DNA of 64,000 nucleotides from Bacillota bacterium (GTDB lineage: Bacteria > Bacillota_I > Bacilli_A > RF39 > UBA660). The stretch lies in NCBI GenBank assembly GCA_015059285.1, contig SVAS01000001.1, positions 327,291 through 391,290 of the forward strand, written 5' to 3'. A program made the translations under genes and the position numbers. This document shows positions 28,101 through 38,574 of the stretch, in pieces (position 1 is the stretch's first letter; each line of letters begins with the position of its first letter). The notes under the pieces are model-generated. The model did not search any database. It was not told where the DNA came from and saw only the letters and a program-made list of their open reading frames with translations.

Positions 28101-29840
28101 ATGGAAAAAAGAGTTTATGAATATACTGGCCCTGATGGAAAAAAAATCAAGGTTCCAGTTAAGGTTAATAGTAAATTAAAATCTAAAAAAGATAAAAAAG
28201 TTAAAGAAAAGAAAGAAAAAACTAATAAATCAGAACTTGCTAAAAAAATAGCTACAGGTGCTTTAGTTTTAAGTATAGGAACAGGGGTAGTATTAGGTGG
28301 TGCAGCTTTATGGAATAAAATCAGTGAAAATGAACCTACTGCTATCGTTCAACAAGATGTACAACATGGTATAAGATTTAATCCAAATGGACAAGAAAAT
28401 ATTGTTGATAAAGCTGTTTTCTTAATTGAAGATGCTGCGAAGGCAGGACATGCAATAGATGCAGAAGATGCCGTTCTTGCCGTAATAGTTGCAAACTCTA
28501 ATGAAATTACTCCTGGATTTATGGGACAACTATTTGGTGAAAAAGCAGATCAAAAATATACTTATGGTCAATTAGTTGATGCCTTCTTAAGAGTAGGTAT
28601 GATGGAGTCTGAAAACATTGGTGTTGCTACTGATGATGAACTTGCAATCAATACTGAAAGTATTTTTGCAAGTGAGGAAGATTATGCATATTTATCTAAA
28701 ATAAGAAGCTTAACTGCTCGCCTTAATAGTACAACAGACGAAACTGAAAAAGCTAGTATTGCTGAAGAATTAAATAAATTAGCATTTGATTTATGTACTT
28801 ATGAAGCATATGATATTAGTAGTCCTGCTGGAGTATTTGCTATGCTATCTTTAGATGGTATGCGTACAACAACAAATACTAATAGCAAATACACTGTGCT
28901 TCCAGATGATATTCGTGATGAAATGTTTGGTGACGGTGATTATAGTTGTCGTACTGAATCAACATTTATAACAGATGATGGCCAAGTACTACAAACTCAT
29001 TATTCTTACCGTGTAAATGATTTAAAATTAGATAGCGTTAAATCAAAATTAGATGATGCTGTATTAAAAGATGGTAAAACAGTTATTTTAGATGATATTA
29101 TTGCTGAAGTAACTGAAAGAACTAAAGATGTAGTAGTATCAGACTTTAATGTAGTAGATGCTATCAATGAAACAATGGAAGCAAATAGAAATATTACTTA
29201 TGAATATGAAGCTTCAAAAGGAGTTGTTAAACCTAACTATTCTCCAAAAACATCTTCAGATAAAGTAACAACTGTAAATGGTAAAGAAGTCATAGTTGGA
29301 AAAGATAACACTTCAACGGCACCAACAGGCAAAACTCAATCGCAAGCCCAAGCTGAAGTTGATAATAAAGCAGCTGTTGCTCAAGCAGAAGCTAATAAAG
29401 GTGCCGCAGATGGTAAATATTATGGTGAAAATGGTTTAGCAAAACCTTCACTTAGTGGTAAATCAGATTCATATGTAAAAGCTTTCAATGTTGCATACGA
29501 TGCTTATAAAGCTGTATATGATGCTAAACATTCTAAACAACCAGATGAAGTAGTTAGTTCAGAATTTGTACCTACTAATTCTTATGCTAACAACAGTAGT
29601 TATAATAATGGATATAAAAATAATCATACAAACAACAATAATAATGATAGAAATACTTCACGTAATGATCGTAACACCAATAGTTATAATGATAGAACAA
29701 CAAGTTCAAATAGAGGTTCTAGTGAAGTAGTTAGTTCAGAATTTATTCCATTAGATGGCTTATCTAAAGAAGAGTTAAGAGAATTAGAAAGAGCTGCTGC
29801 TGGTGAAACACCAATATATACTGATGGGAAAACTAGATAA
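28101..29840 (+). CDS. Hypothetical protein: Lys-rich N-terminus, one TM, internal duplicated EVVSSEF(V/I)P motif, Asn/Arg/Ser low-complexity tract
   Basis: 579-aa ORF; repeats and low complexity visible in the translation; no family recognised. Confidence 0.5.
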   Translation: MEKRVYEYTGPDGKKIKVPVKVNSKLKSKKDKKVKEKKEKTNKSELAKKIATGALVLSIGTGVVLGGAALWNKISENEPTAIVQQDVQHGIRFNPNGQENIVDKAVFLIEDAAKAGHAIDAEDAVLAVIVANSNEITPGFMGQLFGEKADQKYTYGQLVDAFLRVGMMESENIGVATDDELAINTESIFASEEDYAYLSKIRSLTARLNSTTDETEKASIAEELNKLAFDLCTYEAYDISSPAGVFAMLSLDGMRTTTNTNSKYTVLPDDIRDEMFGDGDYSCRTESTFITDDGQVLQTHYSYRVNDLKLDSVKSKLDDAVLKDGKTVILDDIIAEVTERTKDVVVSDFNVVDAINETMEANRNITYEYEASKGVVKPNYSPKTSSDKVTTVNGKEVIVGKDNTSTAPTGKTQSQAQAEVDNKAAVAQAEANKGAADGKYYGENGLAKPSLSGKSDSYVKAFNVAYDAYKAVYDAKHSKQPDEVVSSEFVPTNSYANNSSYNNGYKNNHTNNNNNDRNTSRNDRNTNSYNDRTTSSNRGSSEVVSSEFIPLDGLSKEELRELERAAAGETPIYTDGKTR

Positions 29841-29856
29841 AATGATATAAATATTA

Positions 29857-29888
29857 AAAGGAGATAATGACACATTATCTCCTTTTAA
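29857..29888 (+). terminator. Rho-independent terminator (AAAGGAGATAATG-ACAC-ATTATCTCCTTTT)
   Basis: 13-bp inverted repeat after the stop of the 28101-29840 gene. Confidence 0.6.
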
Positions 29889-30144
29889 GTAAAACTTGAT
29901 TTAAAAATTAAGATATACTAAAAAATAAGGTAAACCTTATTTGTAATTATTTAGTATATTTTTATATGAACATAATACTTGCTACAAACATCGCTATCAT
30001 AGCTATAAGCATAATATATACAAATATTTTTTGAATATTAATTTTTTTCTTTCTTTTTTTACTCATTGTTTCACCTCTATAAATATTATAATACAATTTA
30101 GTCATATTTTAAATAGTTTTTAATAAAATTAAGTAGGTGATATA

Positions 30145-30774
30145 ATGAAAAAAACAATGGACAAACTATTAAATAAAATTAAAATTAATAAAAAAATATT
30201 TGTATTTTTATTAGTATTATCAACAGTCGCACTTATATCTGGTTCTATATTAGTAGTAATGCTAGATAAGACAGATAAAACAACAATAACGAGTTATTTA
30301 AATGAGTTTATAACAAATATTGAACAAAATAAAATAGAATATATTGGTGTTTTTAAAAGTACATTAATTACTAATATTTTTTTAGTTTTAAGTATTTGGT
30401 TATTAGGAATATCAGTAATTGGTTTACCAATAATAGTATTTTTATATTTTGCTCAAATTTTTACATTTGGTTTTGCTTTAGCAAGTATTATTTTGAAATT
30501 TAAATTAAAAGGAACTATATTTGCATTCATTTATACTTTTCCAAGCTATTTAATATATATATTTGTACTTTTAATTCTAACATCATATGCTTTGTTATTA
30601 TCTTTAAAATTCATAAATACTATATTAAAGAAAAAACAAATTGACTTTAAACCTATATTCAATAGATATGGCTTGATTTTAGTTATTTCTTTAATTATAA
30701 CATGTATAACTTCATTATATGAAGTGTTTGTATTCCCAAATATTATCAAACTAATTGTGCCTATTTTAAAGTAA
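30145..30774 (+). CDS. spoIIM: Stage II sporulation protein M-like polytopic membrane protein (SpoIIM/DUF95 family)
   Basis: 209-aa membrane protein of SpoIIM-like size and topology, close to xerD. Confidence 0.5.
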   Translation: MKKTMDKLLNKIKINKKIFVFLLVLSTVALISGSILVVMLDKTDKTTITSYLNEFITNIEQNKIEYIGVFKSTLITNIFLVLSIWLLGISVIGLPIIVFLYFAQIFTFGFALASIILKFKLKGTIFAFIYTFPSYLIYIFVLLILTSYALLLSLKFINTILKKKQIDFKPIFNRYGLILVISLIITCITSLYEVFVFPNIIKLIVPILK

Positions 30775-30812
30775 TTTTAGATAATTGTGGTATAATATAT
30801 GTGGTGAGATGT

Positions 30813-31919
30813 ATGAAAACAGTTGTAATTGGAATGAGTGGGGGAGTAGACAGTAGTGTTGCGGCTATTATACTTAAAAATCAAGGTTATAATGTAATTG
30901 GTTTATTTATGCGTAACTGGGATAGTAGTATTAATAACGACATTTTAGGTAATCCTACATTGAATAATAATATATGCCCACAAGAGCAAGATTATAATGA
31001 TGCTTTAGAGGTATGTAAAAAAATTGATATTCCATTACATAGAGTAGATTTTGTTAAGGAATATTGGGATTATGTTTTTACTTATTTTTTGGATGAATTA
31101 AAAAAAGGAAGAACTCCAAACCCTGATATAATGTGTAATAAATATATTAAATTTGATATGTTTATTAAAGAAGCTAAAAAATTAAACGCTGATTATATTG
31201 CTACAGGACATTATGCTAGGATAAAAGATGGTAAACTCTTAAGAGGAGTTGACAATAATAAAGATCAAACATATTTTCTATCGCAATTAAGCAATAAACA
31301 ATTGGAAAATGTTTTGTTTCCAATAGGAGATTTAGAAAAAACAGAAGTTCGCGAAATAGCTCAAAGATATAATTTGATAACAGCTAAGAAAAAAGATTCG
31401 ACAGGTATTTGTTTTATTGGAGAAAGAAACTTTAAACAATTTTTAGAAAATTATCTTCCGAATATTCCAGGTGATATTGTTAATATAGAAACAGGCGAAA
31501 AGGTAGGTAGTCATGTTGGATTAATGTATTATACAGTAGGTCAAAGAAAAGGGTTAAATCTAGGAGGTAACTCTGATAGATTATTTACAGTTGGTAAAGC
31601 CTTAGAAAAAAATATTTTATATGTTGCTTATGGTGATGATAATGACTATTTGTATACTGACAGTGCTCTTATTGAACAAATGAATTGGATAAGCAAAGAA
31701 AAACCTAAAAAATGTACTGCTAAATTTAGATATCGTCAACAAGATAACGATGTTGAAATAGAAATAGTAGATGAAGAACATATTTTAGTAAAATATCCAC
31801 AAGGTGTTAAAGCTGTCACTCCTGGACAAGCTTGTGTGCTATATTTAGGTGAAGAATGTCTAGGTGGTGGAATTATTAAAGAAGTTTATAAAAATGGAGA
31901 AAAAACATGGTATTTGTAA
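30813..31919 (+). CDS. mnmA: tRNA-specific 2-thiouridylase MnmA
   Basis: PP-loop VVIGMSGGVDSSVAA; catalytic Cys region; conserved C-terminal barrel. Start trimmed to MKTVVIG. Confidence 0.9.
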   Translation: MKTVVIGMSGGVDSSVAAIILKNQGYNVIGLFMRNWDSSINNDILGNPTLNNNICPQEQDYNDALEVCKKIDIPLHRVDFVKEYWDYVFTYFLDELKKGRTPNPDIMCNKYIKFDMFIKEAKKLNADYIATGHYARIKDGKLLRGVDNNKDQTYFLSQLSNKQLENVLFPIGDLEKTEVREIAQRYNLITAKKKDSTGICFIGERNFKQFLENYLPNIPGDIVNIETGEKVGSHVGLMYYTVGQRKGLNLGGNSDRLFTVGKALEKNILYVAYGDDNDYLYTDSALIEQMNWISKEKPKKCTAKFRYRQQDNDVEIEIVDEEHILVKYPQGVKAVTPGQACVLYLGEECLGGGIIKEVYKNGEKTWYL

Positions 31920-32020
31920 TCATGTTTTTAATTTACACAACTTTTCTAATATATACTATTACTTTACACTTGACAATTGACATAAACGTGATAAAATGAT
32001 AGTAGGAGGTTATACATAAT

Positions 32021-32800
32021 ATGGAAAGACTGAATGAAATATTACACGAATTAGGTATATCAAAAGTTAAATTGGCTAAATTTTTAGGTGTATCAAGACA
32101 AATGATTTATAATTATTTAGAACTAGACGATATAAACAAATGGCCTAAAGATAAAAAAGTAATGTTATTAAATTTATTAGGAGTAAAATCTGCAGAAGAA
32201 GTTAATAATATAAAAGTGGATACTGATTATATTTTAGATGTAGAAACAAGATTAAATAATATTGTTCAAGTAAGTAACAAGACATCATTAAATAGTAGTA
32301 ATTTATTTAATGATTTAGGCAAAAAACAAAAAGAATTGTTTTTAGATATAATGAATTTAGTTAAAGAACACTTAGAAGATGAAAAAAACGATAATATGTA
32401 TTATACATATAAATATTTACACCATTTTTTACAAACTATTGAAACTTCTAAAGAATTAAAATATATTTTAGCTTATATTTCAAAAGCTGCTGGTTTTGTT
32501 GATCCAATGGAGTTTAAATTTAATGAAGATGAACAATTTATTTTTGAAAGTATTATGTTTTCAGGGATGACTTTATATAATAGTGGGGGAGCATCTAAAA
32601 CCAGAATTGCCGAATCTCATCGTCGTTTTGTTAATCAAATTGAACATAAGTTAGAAGAAAAATTGAGCCGTACTTTGGAATTAAATACAATTAAAGCTCA
32701 AGCTTTAAAAGAACTTGGTTATACTACAATTACTGATGAAAATGCTGCTGAAGTATTCCAAAAAATTGCTGAAATAGAATCAAGAAAAGTTACTAATTAA
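32021..32800 (+). CDS. HTH domain-containing hypothetical regulator
   Basis: N-terminal HTH-like LGISKVKLAKFLGVSRQMIYNYLE; remainder unassigned. Confidence 0.5.
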   Translation: MERLNEILHELGISKVKLAKFLGVSRQMIYNYLELDDINKWPKDKKVMLLNLLGVKSAEEVNNIKVDTDYILDVETRLNNIVQVSNKTSLNSSNLFNDLGKKQKELFLDIMNLVKEHLEDEKNDNMYYTYKYLHHFLQTIETSKELKYILAYISKAAGFVDPMEFKFNEDEQFIFESIMFSGMTLYNSGGASKTRIAESHRRFVNQIEHKLEEKLSRTLELNTIKAQALKELGYTTITDENAAEVFQKIAEIESRKVTN

Positions 32801-33596
32801 ACCATATTAATGGTTTTTTTAATTCACTTCCCCTACTTTTAAATCAATATAATTTAATTAGGGTAGAGAAGGTTATTTTAATTAATAAAGAATAAATAAA
32901 CAATAATATGTATTTAATTTTATTTTTATGAATAATCTTATGATTATTTATATATACGAAACAGATATCACAATTATAAAAAATTAAAAATTTTTGATTA
33001 ATAAAGTTATAAATAATATATTTAAATAAATATATATATATTATAAATTATAGTTAAAATAATGATTTATATATTTTGTTTTAGGGTTAATAAGTGTTTG
33101 ATTTTCATCAAAATATAAAACTTTGTATAATATATATTATGTTAACTTGTCAAAAGAAGGAAAATTATGCTGCTGGTAATAATAGTTATGTGTATTTTAA
33201 TGATGATTATAGTGCTTAAGATATAAATAATTATTACTATTCTACTCTTTTTTTGTATATTTTAAAAAAATAAGTTAATACTATTACTGGGTGATGAAAA
33301 TGAAAAGAAATGAAAAAATGCAATCAAACAACAAAGTAAGTAATAAACAACAAAATAATATTACTAATAGAGAAAGTAACAAGATTTCAAATAGTAATAA
33401 TAGTAAAATTACTAATAAAAAGTCTTGTAACAATAATGTAACTAATAGTAATAAAAAAAGTGTTGGCTTTGTTTCAGATTCTTCTTCTTTTGAATTAGAT
33501 GAAGATTCAGATCATTCTTTCCAATTGAGAGATTGCAAGTAATTTTACCCAAAAAAAGAGATAATTATTATCTCTTTTTCTTATACTTACTCTACC

Positions 33597-34373
33597 CTAT
33601 TTATTGTTAATTTTTGTTATTATTTCTTCAATTTTTTCTTTATTTGCATTACCATCAAATGCCCTTAATATTTCAATAGGCAGCGCAAAAATAATTGTAT
33701 TTGATTGATCTGATGAAACATCATTAATTGTAGATAATGTACGTAAGTGTAATGCACCTGGAACGCTTGCCATAGTGCTTGCAGCTATAGCTAAATTTTT
33801 AGAAGCTTCTACTTCACCTTCAGCCTTAGTAATAACTGCCATTTTTTCTCTTTCTGCTTCTGCAGCTTTAGCAATTACACGTTTCATTTCTTCTGGTAAT
33901 GCTACATCTTTTAATTCTACATTTTCTACTTTAACACCCCATGGATCTGTTGCTTCATCAATTACTTGACAAATTTGATTAGATAATTTTTCTCTTTCAC
34001 TTAAAAGTTCATCAAGAGTAACAGAACCAACTACATTACGCATGGTAGTTTGCGCCAACTGGCTTACTGCATAATAATAGTTTTCTACAGCTAATATACT
34101 TTTAGATGCATCAAATATTTTATAGTAAATAACAGCGTTAATTCTAACTGAAACGTTATCTTTAGTTATAGCTTCTTGTTCAGGAACGTCTACAGCTTTT
34201 GTTCTAATATCAACTTTTTGATATGATTGGAATATTGGAAAAACTAAATTCCAACCTGGTTGCATAACACTGCTATATTTACCTAAAGTATATTTAACTC
34301 CTCTTTCGTATTCGTTAATTTGTTTAATAGACACTAAAATAAGTATAATTAAAAGTACCATAATTGTAATCAT
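33597..34373 (-). CDS. SPFH/band-7 (stomatin/slipin-like) membrane protein
   Basis: N-terminal TM followed by an SPFH-domain sequence (..RERGVKYTLGKYSSVMQPGWNLVFPIFQ..; ..AEGE.EA..). Confidence 0.8.
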   Translation of the reverse strand: MITIMVLLIILILVSIKQINEYERGVKYTLGKYSSVMQPGWNLVFPIFQSYQKVDIRTKAVDVPEQEAITKDNVSVRINAVIYYKIFDASKSILAVENYYYAVSQLAQTTMRNVVGSVTLDELLSEREKLSNQICQVIDEATDPWGVKVENVELKDVALPEEMKRVIAKAAEAEREKMAVITKAEGEVEASKNLAIAASTMASVPGALHLRTLSTINDVSSDQSNTIIFALPIEILRAFDGNANKEKIEEIITKINNK

Positions 34374-34442
34374 GTTTTCAATCCTCCTTCTATACTAATA
34401 ATAACAAAATCATATAAAAATGTAAATATCTATAATATAAAA

Positions 34443-35189
34443 TTACGATATAACAAAGTGATTAATAAGCATTACTCCTACCCCTATTATAAAAAAAGTA
34501 ATAGTTAATTTTTTATTATGGTAATTAAGTGAAGTTGGTATTAATTCGTATATAGCAATATGTATCATAATACCAGCAATAATACTAAATAACATCCCCA
34601 TGAAAATAGAATTAATAAGATTTCCTAAAAATAAGTATGTTATAATAGCACCTAATAGTTCAGACATTCCCGATAAAAACGTATAACCTAGTGCTTTTAA
34701 ACGGCTATTGGTTGAATAAAAAATTGGAATAGATATACTTATTCCTTCTGGTATGTTATGAAGCGCTATAGCAATTGCAAGTGATATTCCAAGGCTTATA
34801 TTAGTATTACTAGCCATAAAAGTAGCAATTCCTTCAGGAATATTATGTAGAATAATTGCTAACATAGAAATAATTCCTACTCTATATAGATTATTACTAT
34901 TATTTGGTAAATATTTATCTATAATCATAGAAGTAATTATTCCTATTATAATAAATATTAAACATATAAGAATAACTGGTATATAATGAAAAGTTTCCAT
35001 TAATAAATTAACCGATTCTGGAATAAGATCAGTTATTGAAACACATGTCATAACTCCTGACGCAAATGCAAGTGATGCAGTAATAATATTATTGTTTTTC
35101 TTTTTATAAAAAATTAATAAACTTCCAATCATTGTTGAAAGTCCTGCTAATGTAGTAATTAAAAAAGCATAAATTACAGATGTTTCCAT
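34443..35189 (-). CDS. zupT: ZIP-family metal (zinc) transporter, ZupT-like
   Basis: Repeated HNIPEG motifs (LHNIPEGIATFMAS; LHNIPEGISISIP); 8 TM segments. Confidence 0.8.
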   Translation of the reverse strand: METSVIYAFLITTLAGLSTMIGSLLIFYKKKNNNIITASLAFASGVMTCVSITDLIPESVNLLMETFHYIPVILICLIFIIIGIITSMIIDKYLPNNSNNLYRVGIISMLAIILHNIPEGIATFMASNTNISLGISLAIAIALHNIPEGISISIPIFYSTNSRLKALGYTFLSGMSELLGAIITYLFLGNLINSIFMGMLFSIIAGIMIHIAIYELIPTSLNYHNKKLTITFFIIGVGVMLINHFVIS

Positions 35190-35251
35190 AATATCACCTA
35201 GTAATTATATGCTTTTTTAATTTTAGTTTATTCAAAATAATAAAATTATAT

Positions 35252-36154
35252 TTATGCATTTGTATGATAATTATCATAGTTTTCTCTTAATTTTTCAGTA
35301 GATAAATGAGTATATATTTGGGTAGTAGAAATATTTGAATGTCCAAGTAGTTCTTGAATAGTTCTTAAATCTGCTCCATATTCTAACATATGGGTTGCAA
35401 AAGAATGTCTTAAAGTATGAGGTGAAAACTTAGTTTTTATGTTTTTTTGTTTAGCTAAATTTTGAATAATTTTGAAAAACATTTGTCTAGATATATTAGT
35501 TCCACTTTTATTTAAAAAGACATATTCACTATTATATTTTTTTATAAATTTTAAACGATGATTATAAATATATTCTTTTAAATATTCAGTTGCATAATCT
35601 CCTATTGGTATAATTCTTTCTTTATTTCCTTTACCAATAGTTTTAATCAAATTAAGTTCTAAGTCAACGTTAGAAAGCTTAAGATTGATTAATTCACTTA
35701 TTCTAAGTCCTGTTGCGTACATTAATTCAAGCATTGCTTTATTACGGTAATCATAATGATTATTTAAAGGAATATCTAAAAGAATTAATATTTCTTCAAT
35801 TGAAAGTACAGTTGGTAATGTTTTTTTTTGTTTGGGTATTATTATAAATTCTAAAGGATTATTATTAATTTTTTTAGTAATAATTAAATATTTATAATAT
35901 GTTTTTAAAGTAGATATTTTTCTAGCAATACTTCTATCACTAATATTATTTGTTTTTAAGTTTTTAATATAGTTTCTAATATCTGTTTCTTTAAGTTTGT
36001 ATAAATCTTTTTCTTGTCCATTTGGATTAAAAAAATTTAAAAAATTATATAGATCATTTATATATGATGAAATAGTATTTATACTATAGTTTTTATCAAA
36101 TAATAAATAGTTATAGAAATCTTTAAAAAGCTCTTGTTTTATATCCTTTAGCAT
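35252..36154 (-). CDS. xerD: Site-specific tyrosine recombinase XerD (chromosome dimer resolution)
   Basis: C-terminal catalytic region HTLRHSFATHMLEYGADLRTIQELLGHSNISTTQIYTHL; 300 aa. Confidence 0.85.
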   Translation of the reverse strand: MLKDIKQELFKDFYNYLLFDKNYSINTISSYINDLYNFLNFFNPNGQEKDLYKLKETDIRNYIKNLKTNNISDRSIARKISTLKTYYKYLIITKKINNNPLEFIIIPKQKKTLPTVLSIEEILILLDIPLNNHYDYRNKAMLELMYATGLRISELINLKLSNVDLELNLIKTIGKGNKERIIPIGDYATEYLKEYIYNHRLKFIKKYNSEYVFLNKSGTNISRQMFFKIIQNLAKQKNIKTKFSPHTLRHSFATHMLEYGADLRTIQELLGHSNISTTQIYTHLSTEKLRENYDNYHTNA

Positions 36155-36235
36155 ACCCTCACCTATTAATAATTATATCAAATTTACTTTTGTTTTACTA
36201 TGATTTTTGGTAAAATATAAATAGGAAGTGATTAT

Positions 36236-37447
36236 ATGAATGAACCTTTAGCAGTTAAAATAAGACCTATGTGCATTGATGATATTATAGGTCAACAACA
36301 TTTAGTTGGTGAAAATAAAGTAATTCGTAATCTAGTTAAAAATAAAAAATTATTTTCTATGATTTTTTATGGTAAACCTGGTATTGGTAAAACTTCACTA
36401 GCTACTGCAATAGTTACAGAATTAAATTTAAAATATCGTATGCTAAATGCAGTTATTAATAATAAAAAAGATTTTGATGTTGTTATAGAAGAAGCAAAAA
36501 TGTATAATGGTATGGTTGTTATAATGGATGAAATTCATAGACTAAATAAAGATAAACAAGACCTACTTTTACCTTATTTAGAAAATGGATTAATTACTTT
36601 AATTGGTCTTACTTCATCTAATCCGTATCACAAAATAAATCCTGCTATTAGAAGTAGATGTCAAATATTTGAATTACAAGAACTTGATTGCAATGATATA
36701 GAAATAGGTATAAAAAAAGTTATACAAAAAGGTATTTTAAAAGATATTCAAATAGAAGATGACGTTATTAAATATATTGCTAAAGTGTCATCAGGTGATT
36801 TAAGAAGTGCTTTAAATTTATTAGAAGTCGCATATTATGGATCAAGTGATTTTAACATAACTATAGATGGTGTTAAAAATATTAATGCTAAACCAGTATT
36901 TTTTCATGACAAAAATGAAGATGGTCATTATGATGTATTAAGTGCTTTTCAAAAATCTATTCGTGGTAGTGATGTAAATGCTGCCTTGCATTATTTAGCG
37001 CGTTTAATAGAAGTTGAAGATTTAGATAGTATTTACCGTAGAATGAGTGTTATCGCATATGAGGATATCGGGCTTGCTAATCCTAGTATGGGACCTAAAG
37101 TAGATGCTGCTATTAATGCGTGTGAAAGATTAGGTCTTCCAGAAGCCAGAATTCCCCTTGCTGTGGTTGTTACCGAGCTTGCCTTATCTCCTAAATCAAA
37201 TAGTGCTTATTTAGCTTTAGACGCTGCTTTAAACGATATTAAAAGTGGTAATGTAGGCAATGTACCACATCACATTAAAACGTCTTCTACAACCTATTTA
37301 TATCCTCATGATTATCCTAATGGATATGTTAAACAACAGTATTTACCAGATAATATTAAAAATAAAAAATATTATAAACCAAAAACAACTAGTAAATATG
37401 AACAAACGTTAAAAAATGTATATGATAAACTAAATTTGACAAAATAA
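36236..37447 (+). CDS. rarA: Replication-associated recombination protein A (RarA/MgsA AAA+ ATPase)
   Basis: Walker A GKPGIGKTSLA; the RarA-specific C-terminal region is conserved. Confidence 0.88.
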   Translation: MNEPLAVKIRPMCIDDIIGQQHLVGENKVIRNLVKNKKLFSMIFYGKPGIGKTSLATAIVTELNLKYRMLNAVINNKKDFDVVIEEAKMYNGMVVIMDEIHRLNKDKQDLLLPYLENGLITLIGLTSSNPYHKINPAIRSRCQIFELQELDCNDIEIGIKKVIQKGILKDIQIEDDVIKYIAKVSSGDLRSALNLLEVAYYGSSDFNITIDGVKNINAKPVFFHDKNEDGHYDVLSAFQKSIRGSDVNAALHYLARLIEVEDLDSIYRRMSVIAYEDIGLANPSMGPKVDAAINACERLGLPEARIPLAVVVTELALSPKSNSAYLALDAALNDIKSGNVGNVPHHIKTSSTTYLYPHDYPNGYVKQQYLPDNIKNKKYYKPKTTSKYEQTLKNVYDKLNLTK

Positions 37448-37489
37448 CTAATTTATTATATTATATACCTTGTTTTAAGAGGTGTTATT

Positions 37490-37639
37490 ATGTTATTTAA
37501 GACAAAGAATGTACTTTATTTCATTTGTACAATTATTTCTTTGATTACATTTAATAAAATAGATAAAACCATATTATTTATGGCTATATTATATTTAATT
37601 TATAAAATTATAAATAAAAAAGCAGAAAATATCTGCTAA
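37490..37639 (+). CDS. Candidate 49-aa small membrane protein (not in the ORF track)
   Basis: ATG preceded by AAGAGGTG. Translation MLFKTKNVLYFICTIISLITFNKIDKTILFMAILYLIYKIINKKAENIC has two hydrophobic stretches. Converges on the holA stop with a 4-nt overlap. Confidence 0.3.
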   Translation: MLFKTKNVLYFICTIISLITFNKIDKTILFMAILYLIYKIINKKAENIC

Positions 37640-38574
37640 AGATTTATTATAAATAATTCTAGTCCAATTTCTTTATTGATATTACCAGTTTTAATACCAA
37701 TATCTAAATCGGCTAGTTTTTTTATATATTCTAATAAGTTTTGATTACTATAATTTCTACTGCTATTTAAAGCAAGCTTAATTCTATACGGATGAATTGC
37801 TAAAGTAGATGCTATATCATTTTCAGTATAACCTTTTTTATACATTTCTTTAGTTTGATAAATAATTCTAAACTGATTAGAAAGCATTACGATGATTTTA
37901 ATTGGTTCTTCATTAAGTTTAAGCATTTCATGATATATATTTAAAGCTTGCAATTTATCTTTTTTTATAATAGCATCAATTAAAGCAAAAATATCTATAT
38001 CAAAACTTTTATGAGTAAGACTAACAACATCTTCATCTGTTATATTAATATCGTCTCCCTTATAAGTTATTATTTTGTTTGCTTCTTGTTCTAAAATAGC
38101 TAAATTTTTACCTACCCTATCAATTAAAAGATTAATTGTATTAAAATTTATTTGATAACCACTAAACATTTCCTTAACTAAATTATGAATATTGGTGTTA
38201 TTAGAAAATAATTGCACTTGCCCTTTTTGTTTAAAAACTTTAACTATTTTTTTTCGTTCATCCAATTTTTCTTCATATAAAACAAAAATTAATATAGTAT
38301 CCGGATTAATATTTTCTAAATATTGTTCAAAAACTTGGGTATTTTGCTCAATATTATTTTTTTTAGCGGTAAAAATATTACTATTATTAATAATTATGAC
38401 TTTTTTATCATTAAATAAGGATATTGTTTGAGCATCATCAATTATATTTTCTAAAGTATCTAAGTTTAAGTCAAAATGATTTACATTCAAACTATCTATT
38501 TGCTCATTTTTAATTATTTTTTTAATTTCTTTATCAATTAAAAACTTTTCTGTTCCGTATAATAAATATAACAT
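37636..38574 (-). CDS. holA: DNA polymerase III subunit delta
   Basis: MLYLLYGTEKFLIDKEI N-terminus and delta-subunit length (312 aa). Confidence 0.8.
   Translation of the reverse strand: MLYLLYGTEKFLIDKEIKKIIKNEQIDSLNVNHFDLNLDTLENIIDDAQTISLFNDKKVIIINNSNIFTAKKNNIEQNTQVFEQYLENINPDTILIFVLYEEKLDERKKIVKVFKQKGQVQLFSNNTNIHNLVKEMFSGYQINFNTINLLIDRVGKNLAILEQEANKIITYKGDDINITDEDVVSLTHKSFDIDIFALIDAIIKKDKLQALNIYHEMLKLNEEPIKIIVMLSNQFRIIYQTKEMYKKGYTENDIASTLAIHPYRIKLALNSSRNYSNQNLLEYIKKLADLDIGIKTGNINKEIGLELFIINL

Noticed and set aside
33291-33542. 83-aa Asn/Ser/Lys-rich ORF as a real gene
   Set aside because: Extreme low complexity, no RBS of note, embedded in an AT-rich spacer. Retained only as a finding, not a feature.
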